The notes below the pieces were generated by a model, which was given only the letters and a program-made list of their open reading frames with translations, did not search any database and was not told the origin of the DNA. The position numbers were made by a program, and so were the translations under genes. Positions 1-15,899 of a DNA stretch of 64,000 nt are shown here, piece by piece. Source of the stretch: the human T2T-CHM13v2.0 reference genome, Homo sapiens; NCBI RefSeq assembly GCF_009914755.1, contig NC_060938.1, one strand, 5' to 3'. Each line of letters starts with the position of its first letter. Positions within the stretch are counted from its first letter, which is position 1.

Positions 1-1849
1 AACATGTCTAACCATTAGTAAGAAAAGTATTTTTGTTTCAGCAGCAGGGTTTATATTTACAGCATTTACATTGTGTAAAACCCATTATATTCCTATATCC
101 TCAAAGGTTATATTCCAAGGGCAATTTCTGGCTTTATACTTTTGGGATCTGTGTATTTATGAGTGTGTGTGTGTGTCTGTACATATAAAATTTGACTTCA
201 GCATATATTTTAAATATATTTTTTAATGTTTTCCTTATTCTAATGATGGAAATATTTTGAGTTATTTGTATTGTTGTGTCAAGTCTCCTTTGAAGACCAA
301 AAACAAGCAAAACATAATAAAACAAACACAGAAACAAACAAAAAATGTCCAATTACTTCATTGTACAGTACGGTGCTCAGCAAATTCGTTTGTCTGGCCA
401 CCCTTTCTCCACCCCTTCCACATCCTTTGTCTAGGAAGTTCCTTTGAACATTCTTCATCTATACAATATGATATTAATATAACAAAGATGCATAATTTAC
501 TGTGGCAACCAGTTGTAGGGGCACCTCACTCAGCCCAGTGGGAGTTGGATATAGGAAGGTTTACCTGAAGAGATACTGTAATACCTGAATAGTGATGGTC
601 AGTGTGGGAAGACCCTGTGTAATGAAGAGTTGTGGAGGTGGCGGTGGTCACACAGCATAAACCTGCACCGAGACAGAGTTAAATACTTTTCTGAAGGTGA
701 TCAGTATACTCATACTGAGTTCATTTAATTTCTTCCTTGAGGACAGATAATACAGGATAACAAATTCCGTCTCTTTCTGAATACTCTTTTTGAGCAGAGG
801 AGTAGGGACCTGGGAAATGTTGCCAGGAAACATTTTATTTCAGGTGGCTTAGGAATTGGAAAAAGCCTGCCCAAATTTAGTGGAAGAATACAGTACATCC
901 GTGGAAAGAATCAGAGATTAGAAATAAAGAGAGGGTTTTACAGCACTCTCTACCCTGATTTTAATGCATTTTTAAGATTCAGCTGCATCCCTGCTCTTGG
1001 GTTTCTTAAGACACTAAACATCCTTGGGATGTATACACTATACTCAAGGAGTTTTCTATTATTCCAAAACAGAAGGGTGCTATATACACCGGAAAGTTTC
1101 TTTTTCAGTTGTTGATTAGGCTGCCAGAAAAGACAAAACAACAACAAAAAACCAAATATGTTTTGTGATCATGTGGTCTATCTTTAAAGCTCATTCCTAC
1201 ATGTTTTTCATTTGACAATACTTTTACCAAAGTATTATAACTTCTAAGGTATAATATTTTTCAGTGGTTGTGCTTAAGAATGCATCCAGGATTTTAGAAG
1301 GGGTAGGAAGAGTATCTCAACAAAATCACTATAAATTGACCTTGTTAAGCAAAAGTCTAACCACTCAATCAAAGTAAAATTTACTAGAGTGAGAGATAAC
1401 TGTGGGAAGGGAGAGAAGGACAGGAAAAAAATATACTGTTGCCCAGGTCATTCTATGGAGTTCAGAGAAATATGGCAAAACAAGCTCACTTGCCTGGGAT
1501 GGATGTAGAAAGATAAACACTGGGGTAAATGTGAGTTATTTTCAGTGGAAAAAGGGGTAGGTGAATTATCTCTCCCAAGTTGAAATATGCCCAGTTTTCT
1601 TAATTTTTCTTTCTAAGATAACAATGCTAGATCCACCAAACTAATTACTATCAAGGAGATTGAATGCAGTGGCTGTTTGGGATAGCTTATAGTGTAATGC
1701 AGTGACTACAGTTGCTTGGATATACAAAACCTTAACCCAGAATCATTCTTAGAGTGGTGAGAATTTGATATTACAGAGAACTGATGGGGGCTGGGTTTAT
1801 GAGATCTTATACATGATGCCAGACACAATGTGTGATTCTGGAGAAGAGA

Positions 1850-1947
1850 ATAGAGATAATGATTTGATATCTTCATAGCCCTAGAAACTAGTTTGGTATC
1901 TGGCTCAAGATAGGCCCTTAGTAAATGTTTAGTAAATGAATGAATGT
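1850..1947 (+). mobile_element. L2 LINE 3' terminal fragment
   Basis: Ends in tatctggctcaagataggcccttagtaaatgtttagtaaatgaatgaatg, a degenerate L2 3' end with its (TGAA)n tail. Confidence 0.55.
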
Positions 1948-1981
1948 GGATGTACACTTCTCCTTCCTATTTAGTGGGTTC

Positions 1982-2500
1982 TGTGTTGGTCAGATGCTTA
2001 CTGCAAACAACAGAATTAAATTGTATCTGATTTAGGCAGAAAAATAATTTATTACATTCCCTTTGGGTTATTCCAAGTATTGATTGCAAGGCTAGAAAAC
2101 TAGTTCAGAGATGACTCTTGACAGAGTCAAGAACAAAGCCAAAAATAACAAAGCAGAACTGGCACTATGAGAACATCTTATGCCACTACAGTTGAGCATT
2201 ATTTGTTGAAACTTACCTCTCAACGCATCTGATAAGAGAAAATGGATCCCACTTTTACCACTTATTCTTATTACCCAGAGACCAGTTACAAAGACCATGG
2301 AGGAAGGGCAGATTTCTTAGCTCCCATTTAAAGTCTGGAGCAGACTTGTCTAATTAGAGGAGTCAAAGACACCCTCCCTGGGCAGAAGATAGGCTACAAA
2401 AATAAATATCTGCCTCTTTCAGATTTTAGGGTGAGAGGTGGGCTATACCTCCCACCAGGAATGCTAAAATGGAGGATTTCCCAAATATAGAAACAAGATT
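1982..2500 (-). mobile_element. Old MaLR LTR fragment (MLT1K-N type)
   Basis: tgtgttggtcag...actgcaaacaacagaattaaa...tgatttaggcagaaaaataatttatt resembles the reverse-strand end of old MLT1 LTRs; boundaries approximate. Confidence 0.4.
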
Positions 2501-2974
2501 TAAAATATGAGCATCCAAAAAAAAAATGCCTACCTCAAATGTCCTCTGCAGATAGATTTTAAAGGTTTATATATACAAGATGTCATGCATCAGCCCTGGT
2601 TCCTGATTCTGTAGATAATACAGAATAAATTGAGTATTATTTAAGGAGTTCATTTGCACTTCTCCACACAACACAGTGATTACCAGCTCATCATCAATTC
2701 CTACTTCCCCTTTCCCACTTTACATATCCATCACCAGTAGGACTGAAATATTTTTCAGGTTTTAAGCATATGACTGAACACATATGATATTTGCGATTCT
2801 TTGAGTAGTTAAATCAATATTCAGCAACATAAGGTTATTGACTAGAACTTCAATACAATGGAACATTATACTATTTTAACTACAAGATTTAAATGGAAGA
2901 ACAATTCCACAGGGAACTGGGAAAAACACAAAATAAACAATAATTATCAGAAACATTTTAGATAATCAATGATT

Positions 2975-3175
2975 AAAGTGAGCAGAATGACTGGATTTTA
3001 ATCCCAGGTTCAACACTTAAAATTGTGTGACTGTGTGTCATTTACTTAATCTTTTCATGCCTCGGTTTCTTCATTATTACCTAACTCAGATGATTGTTAT
3101 CAGGATTAAATAAGTTAATGACAGTAAAGTGCTCAGACTGTGCTTGTCATGTAGAAAGCATTTATATGTTTGCTC
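2975..3175 (+). mobile_element. MIR SINE
   Basis: MIR core: ggattttaatcccagg...tgtgtgactgtgtgtcatttacttaatcttttcatgcctcggtttcttca...aggattaaataagttaatg...aaagtgctcaga. Confidence 0.7.
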
Positions 3176-3561
3176 TTAATTTTTGTACTATTAATATTAA
3201 ATCATTATTATTTAAAATATGCACTTCCTTAATATGTTCATCCATAAAGGAGCTTGATCTGCCTCTTTGATGGACTGTTCCCTGTGGATTTTCTTCTTCA
3301 CTGCTCACCTTGCAGTTGAGGACAGTGGCAAGAGCTTTGACACTGGCATTGGGAAGAAGCCAGGGAGCTGAAGATAAGCTACTGCTCTGAGTGGCCGTCA
3401 GAAAAATTGTGATGTTTGTTTTCTGACATTTTGTACTTGGTGACTCTGCTACCTCTTTCTTCAATGGCCAATACCCTTTATTATTTTTCCATTTGGACCT
3501 CTATCAAAAATGATGTTTATAATTATTCCCTATATTTGTATTATACTTCCAATTTACAAGG

Positions 3562-3594
<33 letters not shown>

Positions 3595-4469
3595 TTGGTC
3601 CTAGTAAAAACTATATGACAGTTGAGACAATTTAAAGATGAGTCTGAGCTTAAAGATTTTAAGCGACTTACTCAGGGTCATGCCAATAATATCTGGCAGC
3701 ATTAGAATCAAAGCCCAGGAATTCTGATGCTTAGTCCAGTATGGTATCAAGTTTTTCACAATAGTCATGTCCTTTTTAAGTGGAACATTCCCTAATCTCA
3801 GGCATATTTGTACAGGAAATAATAGGCATCACTCTAGAATGGTGGGTCTCTACATAGGAAATTTGAAGCAACTTTAAGTCCCAAAGGAAGAACAGAGAAA
3901 AAGCTTTTTAAAGGGCCTCAAATTACATCAGGTAGCATGGTCCATAAAGAAGACAAGTACCATTGTGCCTTGAATTTTCTGAAGAGTTATAAATGTGATT
4001 CATGCTATCTAATGGTCATGATCAAGATTACAACTGAGAAATTTCAGATTCCAGTTAGTGGTGGCATCATACATGCTTATCACCCTCTTAATAAAGAGCA
4101 ATTATGTAAATATAAGAAATATTTAGATTGTACTCTAAATGAGAATGGGTATTGGCTATTTTAATTGCAAGATACTTATATATTTTTTAGTTCCATAATA
4201 TTTTATTTGAATAAAGATTATTTGTAAAAGATATAGAGCAGAATGTATAGTAAACTAGTATGTATAAAATGAAAGGGATAAATCAGACTAATTTTATTGT
4301 ATATACATGAATAAATTCTAGAATGGTACAAAAACTTACAGCAATAGTTACTTTGAAGACAGGGAAATAATTGGGTATAGGACCCACAGCAATTAATGCA
4401 TTTGTTAAAATTAACATATAAATGTATTACCTAGTTTTAAACTATATATTCGATTTTTTAAAAATCCAG

Positions 4470-5306
4470 AGAACTTAAAAATATGTAATATAGCTAGGAA
4501 CACTCTGACAAGGAGGAACATGAGAACCAGTCTAACAGATATTTTTATATATTATAAAATATTGAAAATTAAAATGGTGTGGTAATAGTGCAAGAATAGA
4601 GAGGTATATCAAGAAAACGAGTAGATATTCCAGAAATAGACAAATACATATGCGGATTAAGTACATGTTAAAGTAAGCATCTAAAAATCAACTGGAGACA
4701 AGATGGACTATTTAGTAAGTGGTATTAGGAGAACAGAAGAGATATCTAAAAAAAATCATTTGGACTAGTGTCACAATGCTTCTTAGGATGTATTTCAAAT
4801 AGGTGAATATTTAAATGTAAATAATAAACTATAGAAGTGCTAGAAGAAAATATGGGATAATTGACATGGAAGGAAAAGAAATTTCAGAATTGGACTCAAA
4901 GCAAAGGACATAACAGATTGTTAAATAAGAGAGAGAGAAAAAAAATGTACCAAAAGTCAAAGGACAAACAAGCTGAGGAGAAATATTTACGTCTCCTACC
5001 ACAGACTGTGCTAATCTATTTAACATTAAAAATCTGAAAATCAATAAGGAAATCCCCAAAAAAACAACAGGAAGCAAAAGAGAAAAGATTTTGAAAATAG
5101 AGCTCACCATGGAGGAAATGAAAACTGGTTCACATACACAAGGAAATGCTCAAAATCATTATGGTAAGAGAAAAGTAAATTAAAGTAATTACTTCAGCAA
5201 ATTTTCCGAAGTTTCACGATACTCTGAAGGAGAAGCTATAGGGAGATAGGCACTCATATATGCTATTGAGAACGTAAATTTGTGTAATCCTTAAGGTGGG
5301 TAAATT
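4470..5306 (+). mobile_element. Old L1M (L1ME-like) ORF2 3' region, left part, interrupted by L1PA
   Basis: Degenerate L1 ORF2 sequence (aaaatggtgtggtaatagtgcaagaataga...ccagaaatagacaaatacata...aagatggactatttagtaagtggtattagga); continues after 6795. Confidence 0.65.
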
Positions 5307-5324
5307 GACAAAATACATATATAT

Positions 5325-7250
<1,926 letters not shown>

Positions 7251-8214
7251 CATAAAGAAACCCTAATATTTATAATAGTGGCTAGCTTTTGGAGGGAGGT
7301 GGGCCCGGGCTTCTGCAGATGGTCATAACTTTTGGAGGTGAGATTCACATGGAACTGTAAAATGTATGGCCATCATCAGGAAAGGCAACTGTGTGGATAG
7401 AGCCAAGAGTTCAATGGGAAAGGGAATTTGTACGTTGCATATGTTTTAATATGATTGGATATTTGAACTACAAAAATGGTCTACCTGTTCACAGATAAAA
7501 TATATCTGGTATTTATTGTATAAAACAGTTTCTTCATGTTATCTGTGGGCCAGATTTTTCCTTATTCCTATAAGACTGTAATCTCATAACAGTATTAATA
7601 CAATATTCTGATGTAGAGTTATTTTATAGGCATTATGAATCTGTAATGGATTAGAATAAAAAATATGTTTAGTAAGTATTTCTTTAACTTTTAAAAAATG
7701 TTTCCAGCAGGCTGCTTTGGTGTAATGATAGACGGATTTGGAGCCTCAGCTCTGCCACATATATACCTCCTTTGTGGGCTTTAGATAGCCAACAGTTCTC
7801 AACCTCCATTTTTCTTAGTTGCAAAAGTAGATTAATAGTTAAAACCACCATTAAATAAAATTTCTTTGTAAAATGTTTTGCATATCAAAATTTTTATGAA
7901 GTCAACATTTAAAAAAGTTCATTTTGAAGCATAAGTATTCATAATAATAGAAGTTATTGGGTTTTGCTATGTAGATAAAGTGTCCAAAAGAGTTGTGCTA
8001 TGTGAACTGCCATATGTGTACAAAATAGAATCTTACAGATCCACAGGGAATTGGTCAATGGGAAGAAAATAGGGTAAATATGGGTGTTACAAAATGCATT
8101 AATGAACCACGGTACACTCCGGGCTGGGGCAGATCTTCTGCTTGTGTTTTCACCACCATCACCACCAATTACACCACAAAAGAAGCTATTACTTATTAAG
8201 TCCCAAATATTTGT

Positions 8215-8400
8215 TAGAGTCTGCGTGGCACGTTGTACTTATTCTATCCCACTTAACTGTTATAAAAACTCCTGTGAAATAAGTATTATTATTTCTATTG
8301 TACAGTTGCCTAACAGTGAATAGCCAGTTAAATATGTAAACAGGTGATTTAAAGACAGGTCTTTTTGATCCCAAATCTCAAATCCTTATTAATATTCCAC
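8215..8400 (-). mobile_element. MIR SINE
   Basis: aaaactcctgtgaaataagtattattatttctattgtacag...gatttaaagacaggtctttttgatcccaaa is the antisense MIR core. Confidence 0.6.
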
Positions 8401-9612
8401 TTTCTTTCAGACTTTAGTGGGCATTAACATATAACAGAAATGCAGATTTCTGGACGTTGCCTCAGAGATTCGGCTTTGCTTGGTCTGTACTGTACCATCT
8501 CTCCCAGCGGCTCTAATGTTGTTGGACAGTAGTTACTGAAAGTAATTCCATGCTATCCCCAACTCCTCTTGGCCTTCTTCTATAGCAGATAATCTGTAAG
8601 TAGCTCTGGCTAAGTCACTGTGTTTGCAGGAAAGATGGCTACCACGGAGCCATAGTTTATGCTTTGCTTTTGGTCTCTGGGTGTTCAATGTCAGCCTCTC
8701 AGATGATATTGTGGAGAAAGAGAAGGGGTCGTAGAATCCACCTTCTTTGTTGGAATAGAGGCAGAGAGGTTAGAAATAATCTGGGCAATCTGGGTTCTAA
8801 ATCCATCCTGGAGATTGAACTTCAGGTCTGCAATAGGGTGTTACAATGTGTAGCTTCGAAAAAGCACAGTTTGGATAATTAGCCAGGTTTGCAAACAACT
8901 GGGATAAATGCTTTCAAACATTTTTTTTTCCTCACTGTTACATGATTAAGAGCCACATGGCAAATGTTTCCCAATTCAATGCTGTCTTATTAGGATAGCC
9001 ATTTCTTCATATTCTCAATAAGTATTTTTTTTTGAATCCTTGTCTGTACAGACACAGAGAAAAGTGCATGGATGGCTGCAAATCTGGATCAGGCATATGG
9101 AAGATGAGGCATAGCCACAAATGCTGTGCACCACTAAGTAGAAAATTTGCTGAGAACCAAGATGCAATGAGGATGGGTGCTATAAGAAATTAGAAGAAGG
9201 GGGAGATCAGTGAAAGGATCAGGGAAACCTTCACAGAGAAAATGGTATTTGCAGGATGGATATGATTTTAACAAGCCAGTCTAAAATGGAAAGTAACAGA
9301 AGGCTAAAAGACTGCATGAACATATGTAATAAATATGTTGAGATTTGGCCAAAAATACTTTTGAATAAAAAAATAATGAATTTCCATGTATAAATGTCAC
9401 ATATTAAAATGTAATTAAATGAAATAATTTATACCATAATCAACTTAATACTAGTAAACACTGTAAATTAGACATACTAAAGAATCTAGAAATATAATAA
9501 TAAACAAGATTCTACCCATATACAGGTCATTGTCTAATAGAATGCAATGCAGAAACTGCTATATATTAGAGGTATTTGTCAACTACCTGGGGATTGTTTT
9601 CAAAACTGTATT

Positions 9613-9710
9613 CCACAATGTATATATACTTTAAAACATAATGCTCTACACAATACATGTATATAATTTTATCTATCAATTTAAATAATAATAATAAAAA
9701 TTAAAAAATA
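9613..9710 (+). mobile_element. Short L1MA-type 3' tail
   Basis: cacaatgtatatatactttaaaacataatgctctacacaatacatgtatataatttt plus A-rich tail; approximate TSD aaaactgtattcc / aaacctgtttcc. Confidence 0.6.
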
Positions 9711-9779
9711 AACCTGTTTCCTATACAATACAAGGTGCCTGGGAATGGGCCTGGGAATTGTTTACATGTAATTAAAAAA

Positions 9780-10010
9780 AATTGCCTCTGGTCAATAAGT
9801 ATGGGAATTGTTGGTTTAAACAAATTCAGTCAACTATTTTTTCTCTGTGACTTTACAGAGCCATTAATATTCTAAATGTATCATGCAACATTTGTCCAAC
9901 TTCCTTCAACATGGTCTCCTTTTACTTCTTTATTATTATTGCTATTACTGTAGAGCACCTATAAACATCTGGAGCATTAATGTTCTGTTGAACACAGATT
10001 GGGAAGCTAA
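9780..10010. mobile_element. hAT-Charlie-type DNA transposon fragment
   Basis: ggtcaataagtatgggaattgttggtttaaacaaa...acagagccattaatattctaaatg...gaacacagattgggaa resembles Charlie-family internal and terminal sequence. Confidence 0.4.
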
Positions 10011-10384
10011 GTACTGGAAAACACAGCAAAGGAGTCAGTAGAGATATTCGCCAGGAAAGAGGAAAGAGTTATTTCATGGAAAGCCTTTAGCTTTTTTCTG
10101 TGAAAACTAAGGACAATTAAATGTAGGTAAGTTAGACTGTAAATAGCCATTGTAATAATAGTATACAATTTTATTTTATTCACAAGTTCTATATTATTTA
10201 ATAATGTCATACATTGCATTTATTAAATAAAAATTAATCTGGTTCCTGTGAAATATCCTTTCTTTATATTCTAACTATGTTTCAGAAAGAGTAAAAAAAA
10301 AGTCTGTTTACTGTGTAGTCATGTAGTTCCTACTGTCAAAGTGCGAGCATTTATTTCTCCAGAAAGCAGTATGTCAAGAAGTCC

Positions 10385-10477
10385 TGAAATAATCTGTGCA
10401 ACAAACCTCTGTGACACAAGTTTACCTATGTAACAAACCTACACATGTGCTCCTGAACTTAAAATAAAAGTTAAAAA
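10385..10477 (+). mobile_element. Short older L1PA (about PA13-16) 3' tail
   Basis: gaaataatctgtgcaacaaacctctgtgacacaagtttacctatgtaacaaacctacacatgtgctcctgaacttaaaataaaagttaaaaa. Confidence 0.8.
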
Positions 10478-11644
10478 GTAGAAGCATTTCACTGCAGATA
10501 TATATTAAGTTTTCAAAAAATATATGTACTCATTATGAAAAGTAAAGGGTCTTAAATATGGAAAATAAAGAGTTCCTATAGCCCTAATATTTATTTTGAA
10601 CCTTTTCCCTATGGATGAGTGTCCTCAAATATTTCTAGACTATATAGACAAGTTAAAGGGAGACTATATTAAAAGTACTTTAAAAATTTAATTAGATTAT
10701 TCTTTCATTATTTATTAAATGGCAGCACTGATACAGTATTTTCAAAGTTTTTTTTTAAGTCCATACAGATGAAAATATTCATGGAACTGTTCTTTAATCA
10801 CTATAGGAATCACTCCCTCCTGGCATCCTTGGTTACTTACACATTGTCATTTTTGGTTGGAGTTAATTTTTGTCCCCATGAAATGGCTAACCAAGGTGTA
10901 AAAACATATATAAGCTAAGGGTTCTCTACTTACTATGTAGCTAAGGAGGTTGATACGCAAGAAAAATATTGTATTAATGACATATGGTCCAGATAAAGGA
11001 GTTTCTGAAATGGGTATTAATATTGCCAACTAAAATAAAGTAAACTTGAATATAAAAAAAAAACAGGCCATTTTGAAAACCAAGTGATCAAGAAAATGAG
11101 GCTAATTTCCTTTTAAGTCAGAAGATACTAAGATTGTGCAGCTTTTCGGAGCAGATTTTATTGAAGGCCAGAGAAATGAGGATATTGTCTTAAGGTTATA
11201 CAACATGTTTTTGAAAGAGCCAGAACTCAAATGCAAATTCCCTGTCCACTACTTTTTCTATTACATATATTCTCTCATCTTTTCTGATTTTCTAGTTTTA
11301 GACAGTTTATCAAATTGTGTCCTCTAAATTCTCTTTAGGGCAATGTTGTGCCAAAGGCTGAGTTGCTGTCATTTTCTTATGCTGCCTATCAAAAGAAAAT
11401 AAAAACAAAATAGTCAGTATTTAGCACCTACTTTGGTGGTATCAGTATTTGAGGTTAGAATAGTATAATGTATTCATGGCCATGGTTTTCGCTGATGGTA
11501 GCACATATCCAAGTCAAAAATAGTTTGGCCCTGCCTTGACTGTTATAAAGTAAGTCATTATTTTTAAATAATTATGAATGCATTACAGCTTTCTTTTAAA
11601 TTCTGTTAATTTTGATGCTTTTAAAATCAGCGACATAAATAATG

Positions 11645-12635
11645 TCCTAATACTTGAACTCTGGCTCATATATCCAGCTGCATAGTTGACATCTCTACTT
11701 GAATGTTCAATAGCTATCACAAAATTAACATATCCAAAACTTAAATCTTCATCAACTTGTCCTTCTCCCAATGTCTCATACTTTACTAAATGAGCAACCA
11801 TTCAACCAGTTAGTTGCTCAGACCCAAAACTTGGAGTCATCTGTGATTATTTTCTTTCTCTTTTACCCCACATCCAAACTATCAGTAAGTTCTGTTGGCT
11901 CTATTGTCAGAAATTATTCAGAATCTAACTGACTTCTTATCATCTTTATCATTATCCTCCTTGTTCAGGCAGGAGCCATCACTGTCCATACTAGCGAAAC
12001 AGCATGCTAACTGGGCCCTTTGCTTCTGCTCTTTCATTGCCATAACTTTTCTCCACGTTAGATACTTTGAACCTTGTAAAACTAAAATTGAATTATTACA
12101 TTCCTCTTTTTAAACACCTTCCCAGCACACTCAGAATAAGATCCAAATTGCAAGCTCTTTTCTTGGCCTATAATATCCCATAAGATCTCAAGCCCTTTGT
12201 GTCTGTTCTCATCTCACTTTCCCTGTGCTCACTCACTTCGAGTCCCACTAGTGATCTTGCTAGATTTTGATCCTATAAGGCATACTACTACCTCAAGTCC
12301 TTTGCTTTTGCTCTTTCCTCCACTTGTAACACTTTTTCCTTTATTCTGTTCTTTTTTCAAATATCTCTAATTAAAAAATAATTTTCCTGACCACCTTACC
12401 TGAAATAATACTCTCTTGTACCCCTAAGCACTTACCCTGTTTTATTTTTCTTTATTTCTCTTAGTATCACTTAACATTATAATATGTGTTATATTGGCTA
12501 TTATCTGTCTCCTTTACTTTTGTCTAGAGCAGTAAATAATTGCAATTGTTGGCTTTTCTATTGCAAGTTTCTAGTAAGTGCATGAGTTATGGGTGACATC
12601 TAGTAAGTATTTGTTAATAACTTGTAAATGTGAAC
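11645..12635 (+). mobile_element. L2a LINE 3' region
   Basis: ctcatatatccagctgc...gacatctctacttgaatgt...ttgctcagacccaaaacttggagtcatc...cacactcagaataagatccaaa, typical L2a; ORF 11583..11801 is its antisense reading. Confidence 0.8.
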
Positions 12636-13029
12636 AAAACTAGACACATACAAACATGGAGCTGTAGCTCTAATTCCTGTAAAGAACACTCGACTGAATC
12701 AAGGTGATCAAAAAGTCTTCCCTGGGAAGAGCATCTCTATACCTTGATCTAAGGGGACAATGCAGGCAGTTAGCTAAGTGAAGAGAAGAAGAGGAATCTT
12801 CTGAGTAGTGCAGTGTCATGCCAAATATAAGAGCCTAAGGCAACAAGGCCAGTGTGGCTGCACCAGAGAGATCAAGAGCATTCATGAGCAGAGAAGTGTT
12901 ACTCACTGAGGGATGGAGAGGTAAGTAGGAGCTGGATCATGCAAAGCCTTGTTATGTGTGATAATCGTGCTGTTTTGTTGTAGCAATAGGAAGTCTTTTT
13001 GATGCTTTCAGTAGGGCATTGTCATGATC

Positions 13030-13188
13030 ATATATATATATATTTTAAATATATATACTATATATACACATATATATTATATATATACATATATATTATA
13101 TATATACACATATATATTTATATATACACACACATATATTTTATATATATACACATATATATTTTATATATATACATATATATATATT
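13030..13188. repeat. Interrupted (TA)n/(TACA)n low-complexity tract
   Basis: About 160 bp of atatatat with occasional C or TT interruptions. Confidence 0.95.
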
Positions 13189-13519
13189 TAAAGGTGCGTG
13201 TGACCATGGTGTGAAATTTGAAATTTAAAAAAGTGAGTGAAAATCAACTAATTCAGTGGTGAGAGAAATCGTTGAGGAAAAAATTATCAATAATTTACCA
13301 AGGGGAAGGTGGTGGGAGCTGTTCATCTTAGTTCTGGGAAATACAGGAGTGCATTGTTTGTTGAAAATTTAAAAAGAATAATATAACCAATTAAAAGCCA
13401 ATTTTTTTTTTTACTATCAGAAAGTGCCAGTAATTCTAAACAATGTTAGCGACTAAATTAGTCTGTTAACTTGGTATGCCCTGGAAATAATAGATGATCA
13501 TAGCTTGGACCAAAGATTC

Positions 13520-14010
13520 AGTCATTTATTCATTCAAAAATATGTTTAAGTGCCATCTATGTGACAGGTTGTGTTGTAGACATGGGAATGCAGTAGTGAA
13601 AAAAAATTCTCTCCTGCAAGGAGCCTATATTTTTGTACAGGGAAGACAGACAATATTAAATACATGATTAGCATCTCCACTGGTGATAATTTTTCTTAAG
13701 ATGCCCAAGAGGAAATTTTAATTAAGCACTTGGCTATAAGCTCCAAGTGCTGAAGCAATAGCTGGGCTAAAGATATAGTTTTGTATGTCATCTGTTGGTA
13801 GGTAGCTGCGATAATCATGCATGTAAAAAAAAAAAAAAGGAGCTTAAAAAAGAGCTTTCGAAAGAAGTGTGCAGCCGAGAGAGGAGTCTAAACCCTAGCA
13901 TGTAGGAGATGCTCCAACATTTAATATTCAGGCAAAGAAAGATGAGCTTGCAAAGAAGATAGAGAAGGAGCAGTTAATTAGACATAAGAGCATATCAAAG
14001 ACTGATGTAG
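13520..14010 (-). mobile_element. L2 fragment
   Basis: tcatttattcattcaaaaatatgtttaagtgccatctatgtgacagg... is an antisense L2 3' end; similar antisense L2 debris near 12.7-13.0, 25.5-27.7, 37.2-38.1, 45.9-46.7 and 52.4-52.8 kb. Confidence 0.6.
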
Positions 14011-14625
14011 TCATTATAAAATAATTAAAAGATCAATAGCTCAAAGAAACGTGGCCATAGTCCCAGTGCTTGAAGGGTGTGTTGCTTCTCACTTGGAAAA
14101 TTTTGAAATTGCCTCTATTAAACATTTCTATTTTTCCACTAGAAAGATGGAGATGACTCTGGGATAGATAGGCTAATCTTTCCAAGACACCCATTTCCAT
14201 ATCACTCTCTTGCCAAAACATTTTTCAGTGGCATCTTTCTCATGGAATCAATTAGAAGTTCAAAGTTCTGACATTCAAGATGCCCCATGGTTTGGCCTAA
14301 ACTTCTCTTTTCAGCTGTGACTTCTACTTACCCCTTACATGAACCTTCTGTTCTGGATCATCTAATTCTTGTCATTCCTGTTCTAGAAATTCTTCCCATT
14401 TTTATTCTTGGAATCATGAGAATGTTTTTTCAAAACTCTAATATGATCAAGGATGAAGGCTGTTAATTATGTGTTTGTGTCTACCACAACATCTAGCTCA
14501 CATTTCTGTTTGTTCAGTAGTAAGTAGATCTTTACTGTGTGGATATTTCATGTCAGGTACTGCAAAGAGCCAAACAAATAGCTGCTAGCTGAACAACTGT
14601 AGTTCTTCTCTTTAAAGTGCCAGAT

Positions 14626-14986
14626 GGCCGGGTGCAGTGGCTCACGCATTTAATCCCAACACTTTGGGAGGCTGAGGCAGGTGGATCACTTGAGGTCAGG
14701 AGTTAGAGACCAGCCTGGCCAACATGGTAAAACCTGTCTCTACTAAGAATACAAAAAAAAAAAAAAAAAAAAAAAATAACCAGGCATGGTGGCAGTCGCC
14801 TGTAATCCCAGCTGCTAGGGGAGGCTGAGGCAAGAGAATTGCTTGAACGTGGGAGGCAGAGGTTGCAGTGAGCCGAGATTGCACACTTGCATTCCAGCCT
14901 GGGTGACAGAGCGAGACTCCATCACAAAATAAATAAATAAATAAGCAAATAAATAAATAAATAAAATGAATAAAAAATAATAAAAA
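14626..14986 (+). mobile_element. AluS (Sx/Sz-like), full length
   Basis: ggccgggtgcagtggctcacg... dimer, expanded central A-tract, (AAAT)n tail; TSD aaagtgccagat (14614) / aaagtgccggaat (14987). Confidence 0.95.
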
Positions 14987-15899
14987 AAAGTGCCGGAATG
15001 AGCCTATCTTACAGAGCAGAGAGCTCTGGTGTTCAAGGTGATGGGCAATGACAGAGATGATCCCTAAGCTTATTTGGCTAATTTCATTTTTTTCTTGTTA
15101 CTTACATAGCTCAGGTTAGTTTCAACACTATCACTGTTTTAAAGAAAAGAACAATTCCTCTTTTCCTTTTAAAATGATGAAACCTTAATATTTAAAAACC
15201 TCTCTGTGCAAGCTGTTGGTATGAAATATCACAACATCACATCTGATAGTTCAATTTAAATATTAATGAAAACCTTAAGCTTTATCTGGAACAGTTAATT
15301 TGGAATTTCAATTCATATTCACATCCTCGTGCAAAAAGAGGAGAGAGAGAAGAAGGGGGAGGCTGTGTGTTTTAAAGGATTTGTGAATAAGATTCCCCAA
15401 CAGACACACTGTTTGCAGACAAAGCAGCACAGATGTTACTTGTCTGTCACAAGAAATGCCAGCCTATAATGAGGCTCACCTGATTTGGTGTGCGTGTGTA
15501 TGTGTGTGTTTGTGTGTGTGCATGAACATGTGTATGACAAAGCTAACCTATTGCAAAGCCAAATAGCAAGTGCTTGCCAATCTGCCATATTCATACCATG
15601 TTGCATAGGAGAACACAGTAAAGAGAGAGAGAGGCAAGAAAAGGAGGCTCAAGTCTGAAATCCTGTTTAACATGGGGCAAAGCAAGTGTGTCTTTCAGAT
15701 GATCTAAAATCTGTGAACTTATTTTCTGTTCGATAAAGCCCTCCAAAGTTTAATTATATACATATAATTGTAAACATTCACAAAGTGAAATTGTATATAA
15801 TAAGTAAAAAAAAGTCATAGGTAAATGGCCATTTAGCAAATGTATTTCTGTGTCCCTGTGGATCCAGACATAGAAACAGCCTACTGCTCTTCAGTCTTT

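Noticed and set aside
12999-13214. YI-rich ORF; also the ORFs at 43351-43716
   Set aside because: Translations of the (TA)n and CT-rich low-complexity tracts.
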